A stretch of 64,000 nt of DNA. Source: Octopus vulgaris (taxonomy: Eukaryota). A program made the translations under genes and the position numbers. The DNA is taken from contig OX597819.1 in assembly GCA_951406725.2 (NCBI GenBank), forward strand, positions 127,596,001 to 127,660,000, given 5' to 3'. Below, in pieces: positions 1 through 14,886 of this stretch (its first letter is position 1; every line of letters begins with the position of its first letter). The notes under the pieces were generated by a model. The model saw only the letters and a program-made list of their open reading frames with translations, ran no database searches and was not told where the DNA came from.

Positions 1-355
<355 letters not shown>

Positions 356-999
356 AATCTGTCAATCTCTAAAAGAACGACCGATTGAAAGAGAATGAGA
401 AACTGAGGTATAAAGATAGAAATATTTGTCATCTAAACAAAGACGCAGGCAGTAGTCATCATTTGTCAACGATAGCAGAGTAATAATGAAAATATAAAAA
501 GAAAGAAGGAAAGAAAGAAGGAAAGAAAAAAGAAAGAAAGAAAGAAGGAAAGAGAAGACAGATATGTTGCCATGACACATTAGGGTAGCGCAAATTTCTA
601 CAACTTAAATTTCCATTGTCATATTTTTGACCCTCACTCCGTAACAGATGTTGTGGGTGGTTTGTTTTTATCTGATTACAGCTTATAACAATTTGTCAGG
701 ATTCTGTGTACAACCTAATTCGCCTCTTATAACGCCTATAACGCCGTATTCACGCGCAAACAAATGTCAGATCACTCTTGCTAATGAAATAAAATCAAAT
801 GAATAATTGAATGTATGAATAGGTTAATAGATTAATATGTTTATTTACTCAATCACAGAAACTAATGAAAGAGGAAATGATTGCAAAGATTTACGCAAAG
901 ATATTTTCTTCAAGAAAATATTAATTAGGAATTCTTGTAACCGGTATAAGAATTTCAGACATCAAAACATTTTTAGTAATGGCTGAATCAGTATGGACT

Positions 1000-1533
<534 letters not shown>

Positions 1534-1562
1534 TATATACAAATATATATACATATATATAT

Positions 1563-1945
1563 AGGAAAAAGGCAACAAGAATGGATCAATATATCGGTAC
1601 AATTGTTTCGTACGAGGACATATTTAATAAAGCTGCAAAAATTGCAGTAAATATAGGTGGCTCGTACTCATCAGCCAGAAAAAACATCCGAGATTCCCAA
1701 ACATCAAAGGGGGTAATGTTACACTTATGAAACATCATGGAAAATTCTATAAAAATGAGAATTTAGATAACAAATTGGTTTCTAAGAGTTCAATTAGTAT
1801 TACACAGTCATATATCAGGTTATTAAAAAGTTTTTTCAAAACATTTTAGTTTTCCAGAGAGTGAAGATAACAATGAGGGCGTGAGTTTATCCGTATTGAA
1901 GAAAGTTTGATTCCTGGAGATCCGATGAGAGGTATTGAACTTATG
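1563..1945 (-). mobile_element. HHR-bearing non-coding repeat, family 1, copy 1 (Penelope-like/retrozyme-like)
   Basis: Homologous to 18325-18555 at both ends; bounded by (TA)n; contains HHR. Confidence 0.8.
1592..1680 (-). ncRNA. Type I hammerhead ribozyme
   Basis: Minus strand: ctgg-CTGATGA-GTACGAG...CTCGTAC-GAAAC-aatt-GTA-ccg; perfect 7-bp stem II, palindromic ACAATTGT stem III, GUA triplet; stem I partly decayed. Confidence 0.8.
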
Positions 1946-2031
1946 TATATATATTTGTATATATTTATATATATATATATGTATGTATGTATGACCGTAA
2001 TTGTGTGTATATATATATACATATATATATG

Positions 2032-2942
2032 TTGGGTCATCCCATAAAAAATGCGTTTCTTTTTATTTTTCAAAATTTAAACATACAAAGTTCTTTTTTA
2101 ATGTAAAATATGTTCTCCTTCATTTTCTACGATGCCCTTGTATCTATCTGGTAGATTTGTAAGACCCTTTTTCCGAAATTCACTTTCCGTGACGAAAAAT
2201 ACTCCTACAGTACTCCTCCGACCTCTTCTACAGAATTCATATTTTTCCGTCCAAATGATTACGAAGACTGCGGAATATATGATAATCAGATGGGGCAATG
2301 TACAGCGAATATGGTGAATGGACATCGTTTCCCTTTCAATCTGCTCCAACCTTTGGAATGTCATCCTCACTGTATGTGATCGAGCATTGTTCTGATAGAA
2401 GGGAACCTTCCGTCTTCAAACCAAAGATGGTCATTTTCTTCTAGCGCCGACTTGGATGACTGGTTGAATGTCCAAACCAAAGCTTCTTTGCTAGTTCCTC
2501 AACAGTTACGACAGGATTTTGTTCCACCATGGTTTGAAGGACGTCCTCATCGAGTTCTACAGATTTTCCAGGACGAGTCTTGTCTTCTAGACTGTAGTGT
2601 CAGGTTCGGAATTTCTTTAATCACCGTTGACACTGGCTTACGCTTATTGTCCGATCCCCATATACTGCATTAATATACCTTGCACTTTCCCTTGCGTTGT
2701 TGCCCTCATTGAATTCAAAAGGCAAAATATGCCGAACACGCTCCTTTGTCACTTCAATTATGGCTTTGAAAAAAGGAACTGTTAAAATCGAACTGCACTC
2801 TTCAAACCTTTCACTAAGAATAAGGATGAGATAAAATTACTACCTACTTCTATGGCAAGTTGATGCAAGTAGTTTATCCTGTCCTCCTCCAACTTTTTGT
2901 TCATGCAGTTGAAAAAACCGCATTATTTTGGGGACGATACAA
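2032..2942 (-). mobile_element. Mariner (DD34D-type) transposon, internally deleted, decayed
   Basis: Degenerate TIRs (ttgggtcatcccataaaaaatgcg / cgcattattttggggacgatacaa); minus-strand remnants EVTKERVRHIL (N-terminal HTH) and HSPYSLYIAPSDYHIFRSL (YSPDLAPxD-like). Confidence 0.9.
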
Positions 2943-2943
2943 T

Positions 2944-2980
<37 letters not shown>

Positions 2981-3575
2981 CACACACACGTAAATAATAA
3001 ATGAATTGGAATGGCATCATTCTTGATGGTTCTTCAAAATGAGATAACAGAACAATCCCTTCGTCAGATGTCCCCTGTTTTATATACCCCGCGTATTGAA
3101 CGTTGGGACAAGATGTGTCTTCGTTAAAACAGTTGTTCCCGCAAAGCAAATTAAATTAAATTCGGGATTTGCGTAGGGTTAAAGTAGTAACAAAAACCGG
3201 ACGGTAAGACCAAAGCAGTAAAAACAAACGGTAAGGGCTATCAAGCCATAACGAGGTGAAGTGGTGAACGCTGGAGAAACGAGCTATGACAGGAGACAAA
3301 CAAAAGTGTGACTTGTTTCTTGTAAGGCAAGGGGAGAAAGAAAGATAGCCGCTGGTCGTGTGTGAGCAACGAGAGAGTCGAAGAGGAAGAATGAACTGAG
3401 AGAAAAGGAAAGAAACAGAACGGTGAAGGGGGAGGAGAAGAATTAGAGAAAGGGTGGGAGAGAAAAGCAGAAAGAAAGAAGAAGAAGAAAGGGAAAATAG
3501 GGATAGTGGCAGAGTGCACATCAGAATTCAGAATTAGTAAGATAAAACTTACTTGGAAATGGATGCCTGGCGTTA

Positions 3576-4004
<429 letters not shown>

Positions 4005-4171
4005 AAAAGTTCAAATAAAGGTTACAAACCTCATTAAGAGATAATTGAATGCGATTAATATATTGGTTTGTTACCTATTACAAGAAGTATTGAATGTTAC
4101 GATTAATATTCAACTGTAAGGTAGCTGGATAAACCGGTGTTTATATTTTTAAGAAAATAAGAAGATGAAGA

Positions 4172-4361
4172 GATAATTAAATTAATAATTATTTATTAAT
4201 TATGAAATAGGAGATCATCTTTGACAGCTATTTCGATTCAAGACTTTTAGAAATTAATTAGTATAATTATATTAATTAATTTCTAAATGTCTTGAATCGA
4301 AACAGCTGTCAGAGATGATTTCCTATTTTATAATTAATAAATTACTATTAATTTAATTATC
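4172..4361. repeat. ~190-bp near-perfect palindrome
   Basis: Arms pair about centre 4266/4267 with only scattered mismatches, e.g. atcatctttgacagctatttcgattcaagac / gtcttgaatcgaaacagctgtcagagatgat. Confidence 0.9.
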
Positions 4362-4402
4362 CCTCTATTTTCTTATATACATATATATATATATATATCG
4401 AC

Positions 4403-4483
<81 letters not shown>

Positions 4484-5650
4484 CAGACACTCACACACAC
4501 GCATACACACATATATATGAGAGAGAATGATAGAAAGAGAGGGAGAGATAGATATAAGTATATGTAGATCAATGTTATTGTCTGCCATAAGAATGCTTAT
4601 GATGCCGATTGCATGTCTTTGTGAATGTGTACGTATATGTGCTCTTGTAAGTACATAGGTACGTGTGAGCGACTTTGCGTTTGGGCATATATATATATAT
4701 ATATATATATACGTGTGTGTGTGTGAGTTATTGTGCGTGCGTGTGAGCGTACCCATGCGTGCTTACAAATATGTGTTTGTGTGCCTTTTACCACTTTCAT
4801 TTCCTTGATCGAGTCTGATGCTTTCACAGTTCCGCAACACATAATATTTTTTTATATTTTTGTTTTCTTTAAACCCTCCTAATTCAGTGAGTTATTTTAT
4901 TACTAAATGTTCTCATCTAATAGTCGTCTGTTCACGGCCCGACATCAATGACGATACTGTTTGGTGTCAAGCGATGTTTTGTAATATGGCATCCATCATT
5001 ATTATTGCTATCATGGCGTAAACACTGTCTGTCAACTTAGATCACACATGAAGATAGTGTCGTCGTCCGCTTTAGATTGACGTTGTCAAGCATGTTGAGG
5101 TCGACATAGAGATGGATAGGCAGAGAGAGAGAGAGAGATGAGGATATGCAGAGAGAGATAGAAAGGGTAATAGTCAATGAGAAAGATTGAGAGGGTGAGG
5201 AAGAAGGAAGTTGGGAGGAGGAAATATTAACTGAGAGAGGTTTGGAGCCAGAGAGAAACATTGAAGCGAGAAGAAATAGTAAAAATGAACGGTAATAGAT
5301 AGTGACATCTCTCTCTCCTTCTCTTTCTTCTTTTCTCGGTGTGTGTCTCAGAGTGAGAGACGATGCCTAAAACTCGAGAAGAGAGAGTAGAAAAAAGAAT
5401 CTAAAGACAGAGTGAAGAGAAAAAGGGAGACAGAGAAAGGGAGAAATAGTAATAAAAGAATAATTGGGATTTAGAGAGCTAGGAAGAGATAGTTAAGGGA
5501 AGAAGAAAAAGATAAGGTAAACAAGAAATAGTGACAGATGTATAAGCAAGAGAGGGGGTAAAGAGCAAAGGATATTGGCTTTTATATCGACAGACAGAAA
5601 GATAAAACTAGAACGACACTACTGTTGTTATTGTTTTTGTTGCCACCGCC

Positions 5651-5736
5651 GATGATAATGATGATGATGAAGACGACGACGTCGACGACGATGATGATGA
5701 TGATGACGACGACGACGACGATGATGGTAATGATGA

Positions 5737-5767
<31 letters not shown>

Positions 5768-6149
5768 AGTGGTGATGATGATGACGACGATGAGGATGGT
5801 GATGATGATGATGATGACACGACGACGATGATGGTGATGATGATGATGAAGATGATGATGAAGATGATGATGAAGATGATGATGACCACGACGATGGTGA
5901 TGATGATGATGATGATGATGATGACGATGATGATGATGATGATGACGACGATGAGGATGGTGATGATGATGATGATGATGACGACAACGACGACGATGAT
6001 GGTGATGATGATGATGAAGATGATGATGACCACGACGATGGTGATGATGATGATGATGATGATGATGAAGATGATGATGAAGGTGATGATGATGATGATG
6101 ATGACGACGATTATGATGATGATGAAGATGATGAAGATGATGATGAAGG

Positions 6150-6183
<34 letters not shown>

Positions 6184-6200
6184 GACGACGACGACAATGA
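5651..6200. repeat. Compound (GAT/GAC/GGT/GAA)n trinucleotide array with higher-order units
   Basis: Direct reading; block gatgatgaagatgatgatgaccacgacgatggt recurs. Confidence 0.9.
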
Positions 6201-6481
6201 GGAGAAGGAGGAGGAGGGGGAAGTGGGGGATGCAGGCAGCGTTTGCTATGTTTCATCTCCCCGCCTGGTCATTCAAAATGCTTATACATAGACAACAATG
6301 ACATGCGTATATAGATACTGGCATGCACGCAAATGTGAATTCGTGCTCAGACATATACATCCATATATACGTATATGAACGACTTGTTTATATTCAAATT
6401 ACTGTGGTAGACAGCAACTTGTTTCTTGGATACGGGTAGCTGTCTATTGGAGAATTTTGGAAAATAAAACAGAACAATTGA

Positions 6482-6965
6482 ACACAGACACATACATACA
6501 TACACAAACACACACGCACACACACAAACATACACACACACATGCACTCACACACGCACACACACAAACATACACACAAACATACACACACACACATGCA
6601 CTCACACACGCACACACAAATATACACACGCACACACACACACACACATGCACTCACACACGCACACACAGATACACACACGCACACAAAAACATAACAC
6701 ACACATGCACTCACACACGCACTCACACACGTACACACAGATACACACACGCACACACAGATACATACACGCACACACACACACATACAAACATACACAC
6801 ATACAAACACACATACAAACATACACACATACACACACATACAAACATAACACACACACACATACAAACATAACACACACATACACTCACACACGCACAT
6901 ACAGATACACACACGCTACACACACAAACATAACACACAGATGCACTCACATACGCACACACACA
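6482..6965. repeat. CA-based higher-order minisatellite
   Basis: Recurring acacatgcactcacacacgcacacaca and aaacataacacaca modules. Confidence 0.85.
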
Positions 6966-7029
6966 TATATATATGTATGTATATATTACTGTATATTACT
7001 GTATGAATCAGACTATCAGATGCTGCAAC

Positions 7030-7270
7030 ATATCGCTTGTCACAATGCGCTTTCCCGCACTGTTTTAGCTATCGAATGACGTTATCGCACTGGCTGGGCA
7101 GACAGACCAACATTCGTCCTGGACGAAATGCTATTCCGTTGCAGAGCCACCCGTTGATACTCGAGTGAACTGGAGCACCGAGAAATAAAACGCTTTGTTC
7201 AAGATCACAACGCACCGACGATCTGGAAATCGTAACCGCTATAATGCGATACTCTAAATATCAGGCCACA
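7030..7270 (-). mobile_element. Decayed tRNA-derived CORE-like SINE (family D)
   Basis: Similar to 32487-32729 (gagtgaactggagca...gaaataaa...ttgttcaagatcacaacgc). Confidence 0.6.
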
Positions 7271-7618
7271 CATACACACACACATGCACGCACATTCACA
7301 CACACACAGACACAGACGTAAGTATATATGGATATACGTATGTCGATTAATTGATTGATTAATTAGTTAAGTGGTTTAACAAAGAAACACAATACAGTCA
7401 GCACGTGTGTTTTTACTAACAATGTGGCCTTTCATGGAGCTATATACATACATACATACATACATACATAAATACACACACACATACATACATACATACA
7501 TTCAAACATACATACATACATACATACATACATACATACATACGTACATACGTACATACATACATACATACATACATACATACGTACATACGTACATACA
7601 TACGTATGTACGTATACA

Positions 7619-8507
7619 CAAGGTAGTATCAAAAAGTTCCCGAGCTAGTTGTGTAGCCCTCCACCAAATGGCTGCTCACGGTTCCGTGCGCAGTGAGAGC
7701 TGGCAATGATCTACACGAGGCAGTGTGCTGAGTGACATCGCTGTGGTTATTTCGGAAGTTGCAAAATTTGTGTTTTTGAGGTCACGCGTATGCTGTAATC
7801 TGTGATTTTGTCGCAGACAGGAACAAAGCGCCATCATGAAATTTTGCGTAAAACTTGGGTAGTCTGCTACGAATATATTGAGCATACTTGGGCAAGATTA
7901 CGGCACACGAAGCAATGGGTCGTATGTAATGTTTAGAGTGGCACAGAAAGCGGAAGAAGGTCACTGGAAGACGATGAGCAATGTGGATGACCTGCCAGGA
8001 GCGTAACCCAAGGAAAAATGTGTTATTGTGCATCGAGAGTTCGGACCCCAGGCCAGACTGTCAATCGAGACTTCTACGTTCTTAAGTGTTTGAGGAAGGA
8101 CATTCGGCGAAAGAGACCGGATCTGTGAAGCGCGAACAATTGGATTTTTCGCGACGACAACGCACACTCTCACCGAGCTCTCTTCACTCGTGAGATTCTC
8201 GCCAATAAACAACATGGTATCGCTTCCGCATCCACCCTATTCACCAGATTTAGCACCCTAAGTTCAAAATGCAGCTTAAAGATCGCAGTTTTAACATCGT
8301 TGTCGAGGTCCAGAGAGAATCGCAGAAGGTTCTCGACTCGCTTTAGGAATATGACTTCCACGCCGGATTCCAAAAGCGGCACGAAGGCTAAGACCAGTGC
8401 ACTGCAGCGCGAGTGACCATTTCGAAGGAGATGATGTTAAAATTTACAGTAAATAAGTTATTCTTTATTAAACATGATTAGTCTCGGAACTTTTTGATAC
8501 CACCTCG
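7619..8507 (+). mobile_element. Mariner transposon, internally deleted, decayed
   Basis: TIRs caaggtagtatcaaaaagttcccgag / ctcggaactttttgataccacctcg; remnants QEQSAIMKFCVKLG, DDNAHSH, PHPPYSPDLAP. Confidence 0.9.
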
Positions 8508-8854
8508 CTCATATGTACTTCGTACCTATATACATGCATACACACATATATATGTGTGTGTGTGCGTGTATGTATGTATGTAGATCTTTAGCTGATCTAA
8601 AAAGTCACATTCGATCACAGCAGCAATAACAGTTAAGCTTCGTGCAATGGCCATACTCGATAACGAGGGGGCAGCCATCATGTATGTGTGTATAGCTATA
8701 TACGTGCGTTTGTATGTCTGTGAGTAAATACGCGTGCCGTGAGAGAAACAGAGGGAGGGAGAGGGAGGGAGAGAAAGAGAGAGAGAGACAGAGAGACAGA
8801 AAGACAAACAGAAATGCACACGTGTACAAATAATAAACAAATAAACAGATTGCT

Positions 8855-9065
8855 AAATACGTTGCCAAGGCTGTTGGTGGGCAGTGCCGCCGTGAGTGCC
8901 ATGGCCACATGAGCTTGGTATGCACTCACTCCTGCGGCCACAGAAGAGCCGTTAGCAGGTCTGAGGGGCGGTTATGGGAATGGTCCGTGCCTTTGATGTA
9001 TCTAGTTGAACGCGTGTGCCGTTTTCCTCGGAGTGTGCAATTTTATTTGCTTTTTGCCATAGCTG
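8855..9065. promoter_or_regulatory. Non-repetitive GC-richer island, candidate cis-regulatory element
   Basis: Unique-looking sequence between microsatellites with GTTGCCAAGG (RFX half-site-like) and CCTTTGAT (TCF-like) motifs; motif-level evidence only. Confidence 0.25.
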
Positions 9066-9421
9066 TTCTTTGTCGTTGCTTTTCCTTTTTTTTGTTTTGT
9101 TCTGTTTTCAATTGCATGGTGGTGCACCCAGTGTGTATATATGTGCAGCCATGCATGTATGTATGTCATGTTTGTATGTTTACTCGTATGTACATATGAA
9201 TGTACGGATATGTGTGTGTGTGTATATAAATATATATGTATGCACATATATATATATACACACACACACACATATATATATATAAATATATATTTATGCA
9301 TATACATATATATATATTTATACGTACATATAAATATATATCTGTATATATATATACGTACATATATATATACATATACCTATATATATATATATATACG
9401 TACATATATATAAGGTATATG

Positions 9422-9455
<34 letters not shown>

Positions 9456-9537
9456 AGTGTGTGTGTGGACCTGCAATTTATATATACATATTTAAATAGA
9501 CATGCATATACATATAATTGTACACATGTAATACACC

Positions 9538-9541
9538 TAGG

Positions 9542-9620
<79 letters not shown>

Positions 9621-9625
9621 ATAGG

Positions 9626-9688
<63 letters not shown>
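9538..9688. repeat. (GATA)n microsatellite
   Basis: Direct reading. Confidence 0.95.
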
Positions 9689-9689
<1 letters not shown>

Positions 9690-10515
9690 AGGGCAGGAGC
9701 GACAAAAAAAAGGAGGTTTGGACGGATAAAGAAGATAGAAAGATTGCTGAGATGGAGGGAAGTCGAAAGGGTGAAGGAAAAGTCGGATAGCAAAAAATTG
9801 AGACATACATCCGTAAACATGCACATATCAACCGATAGACACACAAAGCCTGGCAGTCGGACACGGAAGCAAGTTGTCCGGTGACCAGAAAGGAAGAAAG
9901 CGTGATGAGCGGAAACGAAATACATGATGGCTGTTAACGATCCTCGAATGTAAAGTTGGGGGCCATCGTTATGTCAGATAGAATTGGCTGGGCATTTGAT
10001 TGGTCTTTCATAACGGTGACACGGTGGAAAGGAAAAATGGCACACGAAAAAGGGGAAAGGGTTGGAAAATACAAAGAGGCATGAATAGCTTGGGAGGAGT
10101 GGTTGGGAGAGGGATATAGGGGCAGGTGGATTGATGGTGGCAATGAAAAGAGAAAGTCAGGTAAAGGAGGAAGTCACATTCATGGAAAAGTAGAGAAATT
10201 GAGAGATACAGAGGTGGGGGGGAGAGAAAGAGAAAGAGAGAAAGTGAGAGAGAGAGAGAGATACAAAAAGATTTATGAAAGGAAAGAAATATAGTGACGT
10301 TGGAAGAGATATAAAGGAAGAAGGGTGTAAGTGAGATTGTGATATATAAAGCGCTTCGTGAAAGTGAAAGTGATAGAGAAAAAATAAAGAGAAAAAGACA
10401 GGCAGAGAGAGATTGATAAATAGATTGATAGAAAGAGAGAAGTATAGAAAGAGTGAAAGACATAGGAACAGATTCAGGGGAAATATAATGATGGCGAAAG
10501 AAAGTTGCTTACATA

Positions 10516-10564
<49 letters not shown>

Positions 10565-10584
10565 ATACAACATGGACAAGAACG

Positions 10585-10652
<68 letters not shown>

Positions 10653-10681
10653 CAGATAGATAGATAGATAGACAGATAGAC

Positions 10682-10734
<53 letters not shown>

Positions 10735-10735
<1 letters not shown>

Positions 10736-10980
10736 AAATACAAAATGGGCCAAGAACGTAAAACGTTCAAATAGATGATACAAAAAAACACGGACGGGTC
10801 ATTCGTAGCTTCTAATCTTCAGTCAAGACCGGATCATCCTCGCAATTTCGGCTGATTAATCTTGAGACTGCTCCAATCTGGCCAGCCCCAAAGAAAAACT
10901 AAGCTACGAGAATTAGATTTCTTGGAAAAAGGACCGAATGTATACGAAACAAGGACAGAAAAACGGACGATGTTACACGA
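10735..10980. mobile_element. Short microsatellite-embedded element of unknown class
   Basis: Abuts (GATA)n; its first ~25 bp are duplicated at 10561-10585 on the other side of the array. Confidence 0.45.
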
Positions 10981-11020
10981 ATATAGCAGCGTACGTACAC
11001 CTTGTCCTCTTATATGAAAG

Positions 11021-11055
<35 letters not shown>

Positions 11056-11369
11056 CTACAGAGAAAGAGAGGAGAGAGAGGGGGAAAGAGAAAGAAAGAA
11101 AAAGGTGGGGTGAGGTAGTTCAAATGTTTAATGCATTGAACATTACACATCCAATTGGAAACACTTATGCGGTGAAGAAAAGATATGTGTTCAGTATTAT
11201 TATCTCATTTGGCTTCTTTCGGCACCGTCTGATGGTGTTCAATTTTACAGACACGCACAGACACACACAATCACACACACACACATGCACATACATTTAT
11301 ATTTATATATACATGCAAATATATATGTGCGTATGTGTGTGTTTGTGTGTGTGTGTTTGTGTGTGTGTA

Positions 11370-11417
<48 letters not shown>

Positions 11418-11436
11418 AATTTTGCTAAGACGTACC

Positions 11437-11488
<52 letters not shown>

Positions 11489-11527
11489 GATAGACAGATA
11501 GACAGACAGATAGATAGACAGACAGAC

Positions 11528-11609
<82 letters not shown>

Positions 11610-11611
11610 AC

Positions 11612-11642
<31 letters not shown>

Positions 11643-11978
11643 TGCATATATGTATGTGTGCATGCCTGCGTTTATGTAGTTGAATCTGCTCGTGATCAGT
11701 TTGGGACGGATCCTTTACAGTAACACAACAATAACCGGTTGCTAACACTATTCGTTATTATCGACTGTCCGCGTGCTTGTGTATATATGTGTGCATGAGC
11801 ATGTGTGTGTGTGTACACAAATACGCAGATATATATATGTGTGTGTGTGTGTACGTATAGACACACATACATAGTGAGAGAGTGTGAGAATGAATGAATG
11901 AAAGAAAAGGAGAAAGTATGATAGAAAGACAGAAAGAAAGAAAGAAAGAAGGAATGAAAGAAAGAGAGAAACTATGAT

Positions 11979-12036
<58 letters not shown>

Positions 12037-12129
12037 GGAGACAGAAGATAGAGAGAGCTTGATAGAAAAGCAGACTCTAAGTCACACATTAGCAGGGACA
12101 TTGTTAGAGTGATTCCGAAGGAGAAGGAG

Positions 12130-12188
<59 letters not shown>

Positions 12189-12428
12189 AAAACAGAGGGG
12201 GTTAAAAGAGAGAGAGAGAGGGAGAAGCTTAGACGATGCCATATAACAACATTTCGAATGATTACATGCAATATCTCTTCTTAATTTACAATTAATTTCC
12301 GCTCACATAAATCAGAAGCGAGAGATGTTCTGAGACAACAAATACTTTCTCCGTGAATACGGGACAATAACGTGTCTTAAACTTTCACTCCCGCTTTCTG
12401 GCTGCGTCTTTTTCCGTCTTCCACTCAA

Positions 12429-12461
<33 letters not shown>

Positions 12462-12757
12462 CATACACACTTACAAACAACCACGCACAGACTCATGCAC
12501 TCATGTTCTCATTGACATACACACTTTCTTTTGTATAATTTTACATACAAATGACATTTTGTACGAGGCATAGTCACCTCACCACTCACCCAAGCCAGTT
12601 CTGTACACGCATGTAAAAACCGCTTGTACAGTCTCTGCTCTCAAATGGTTACAGAGTTCGTTCGATCTGAAGGCGATGGAACCTAAAACAACAACCACAA
12701 TAACAAGTACAACAACAACAACAACAACAACACCAACTACTACTACTACTACTACTT

Positions 12758-12808
<51 letters not shown>

Positions 12809-12862
12809 TTTCTGGCCTTTTTACTATGTCAGAAACAATTGTTAAGTAGTAGAGGCAGTTGA

Positions 12863-12938
<76 letters not shown>

Positions 12939-14348
12939 ATAGTTGTTGTAGTAGTCTACTACTATTACTACTACTACTTAACAATCGTTTCTGACATAGG
13001 TAAAAGGTCAGAAATATGAGGGGAAGTGTGGTGTTTTATTGATGACTGGTGTTTTAATTTGTTGACACTCTTGAGATGAAAAGTTGACCTTGACGGGATT
13101 TGAACTCAGAACGTAAAGCACCACAAGAAATGGTTACGAAGTCGTCCAACGCTCACTGTGATCAATACTTTATCAAATGTAAGGATCGGGGAAAATATAT
13201 TCACAATTAGACTTGTGTAATACCTGTATTCAAACAGCTTTATAAACCAGTCACGAGAGGATATACAGTGCCAAAGGGCTTCGCATTCCATGCCATATGA
13301 GTGAAATCAATATAGCTAATGACAATCCTAAACTATACTGACTAATGTCTCCAGGCCTAGCCACCCCAGAAGAATAATGCATGCCTTTGCACCAAATCGA
13401 GATAATCCCACAGGTAGGTGATACATATGCTCTGAATAAGAACGAGCAAACGAAGTGTGATTTCGTTCTTTACTCATTTAAGAGATGTTTTTCTAAAGTA
13501 GCATTTCTAGGCCCGAAACGTCGAGAAATTATCCTTAGTCATTTTCTCTGAAAGCCTTCCGTAAAATGTAGTTCAGCCCATTCTTTGCTGTCCCTCGATT
13601 TTTCTACAAAACCACTGATTACTAACAGAGCTAAACTTTGAAAACACTAGTCTGCTGAATATGTCGACCACACATATCCACTGCCCGGAAATATGCTTAT
13701 GTATGGCTTCTTCAATACATGACTATACATCGGCAAACAAAGCATGTTGAGGCTTCACGTGGTGCTTTCATAACAAGTGATGACCGTTCTAATTAATTCC
13801 AAATGTTGGCACAAAGCCATCAAGTCTGCGGGAGGGGATAAGTTGATTATATCGACCCCAGGGCTCAACTTATTTTATCGACCCGAAAGAATGAAAGGAA
13901 TTATGTTGGTCTCTCTATTTAACGGGAGCTAATCTCCCAACCCTTCCAAAGAATGTAAGAAGAAGCATTTTAATGAAGGTAGATATTCTCTTGAGTGAAG
14001 CACATTGGTCAATTGGTCAGGGGATCATACACCATCAACGCAATGTAGATATACACTACTTGCATGCAACCCTTAAGTGATAAGTTTGTGTCAGTCAATT
14101 TCTGAACGACCATGGCCAAATTCTTCGTTATCGTGGTGATTTGAATCTAACTATATGTGAGCACTTTGAAATTACAGTTGAGCACCCAACGCCGGTTACA
14201 GTCACACCGCCTTAACCTAGTTAATTATTGACCCAGGATTCATCATATGTTACTCCAGTTTGGAGAAAACCACTAGCTTCCCAACACAACTGTCCGCGTA
14301 CACAACCGCTGTTTTCTTGTATCAGCTATAGTAGGACATCCTCTACAG

Positions 14349-14886
14349 CAGTGGTTCTCACCGAGGATCGATATGGCCCTTTGCAGTCCACTTGCAATAA
14401 AATGTTTATACTTCTACAATACACAAAATATTCTAACAATTATTTTATACAATTCCTAATAATATTTAATTTTTTTGTTCCTTCTCGAGCCATGCCTGGC
14501 TCATAAGGGCCGGTTTCCCGGTTTCCTTGGCGTATAGGTTCCCCACCTGGACGGGACGCCGGTCCGTCGCAGGTGAGCTGCAAGATGCAGGAGGAAAGAG
14601 TGAGAGAAAGTTGTGGCAAAAGAGTCAGCAGAAGTTTCACCATTATCTTCTGCCGGAGCCGCGTGGAGCTTAGGTGTTTCGCTCATAAACACACACATCG
14701 CCCGGCCTGAGATCGAACCCGCGATCCCTCGACCGCTGCGCTAACCACTAGGCCATGTGCCTCCACAATATTTAATCATAAAAATATAAGATTTTTCTTT
14801 TTTTAAATATCGAACGGTTAGTGGATTAAATTTGAGGAAAATAAGAATCAAAGAGGTCCTTAGGTAAAAGTGGTTAGGAAACACTG
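14349..14886. mobile_element. hAT-type MITE interrupted by a SINE
   Basis: Termini cagtggttctca / taggaaacactg; imperfect 8-bp TSD ctctacag / ctctatat. Confidence 0.7.
14471..14766 (-). mobile_element. tRNA-derived SINE (family E1)
   Basis: Minus-strand head gtggaggcacaTGGCCTAGTGG...GGTTCGATC (A and B boxes); 10-bp TSD aatatttaat at 14461-14470 and 14767-14776. Confidence 0.9.

Noticed and set aside
5582-6301. His-rich or Asp-rich protein candidate
   Set aside because: Open in several frames on both strands and the repeat register shifts near 5818; consistent with a compound microsatellite.
13488-13528. HHR-like CTAAAGT...CGAAACGTC-gagaaa
   Set aside because: Two core mismatches, poor stem II and single copy here; at most a decayed relic.
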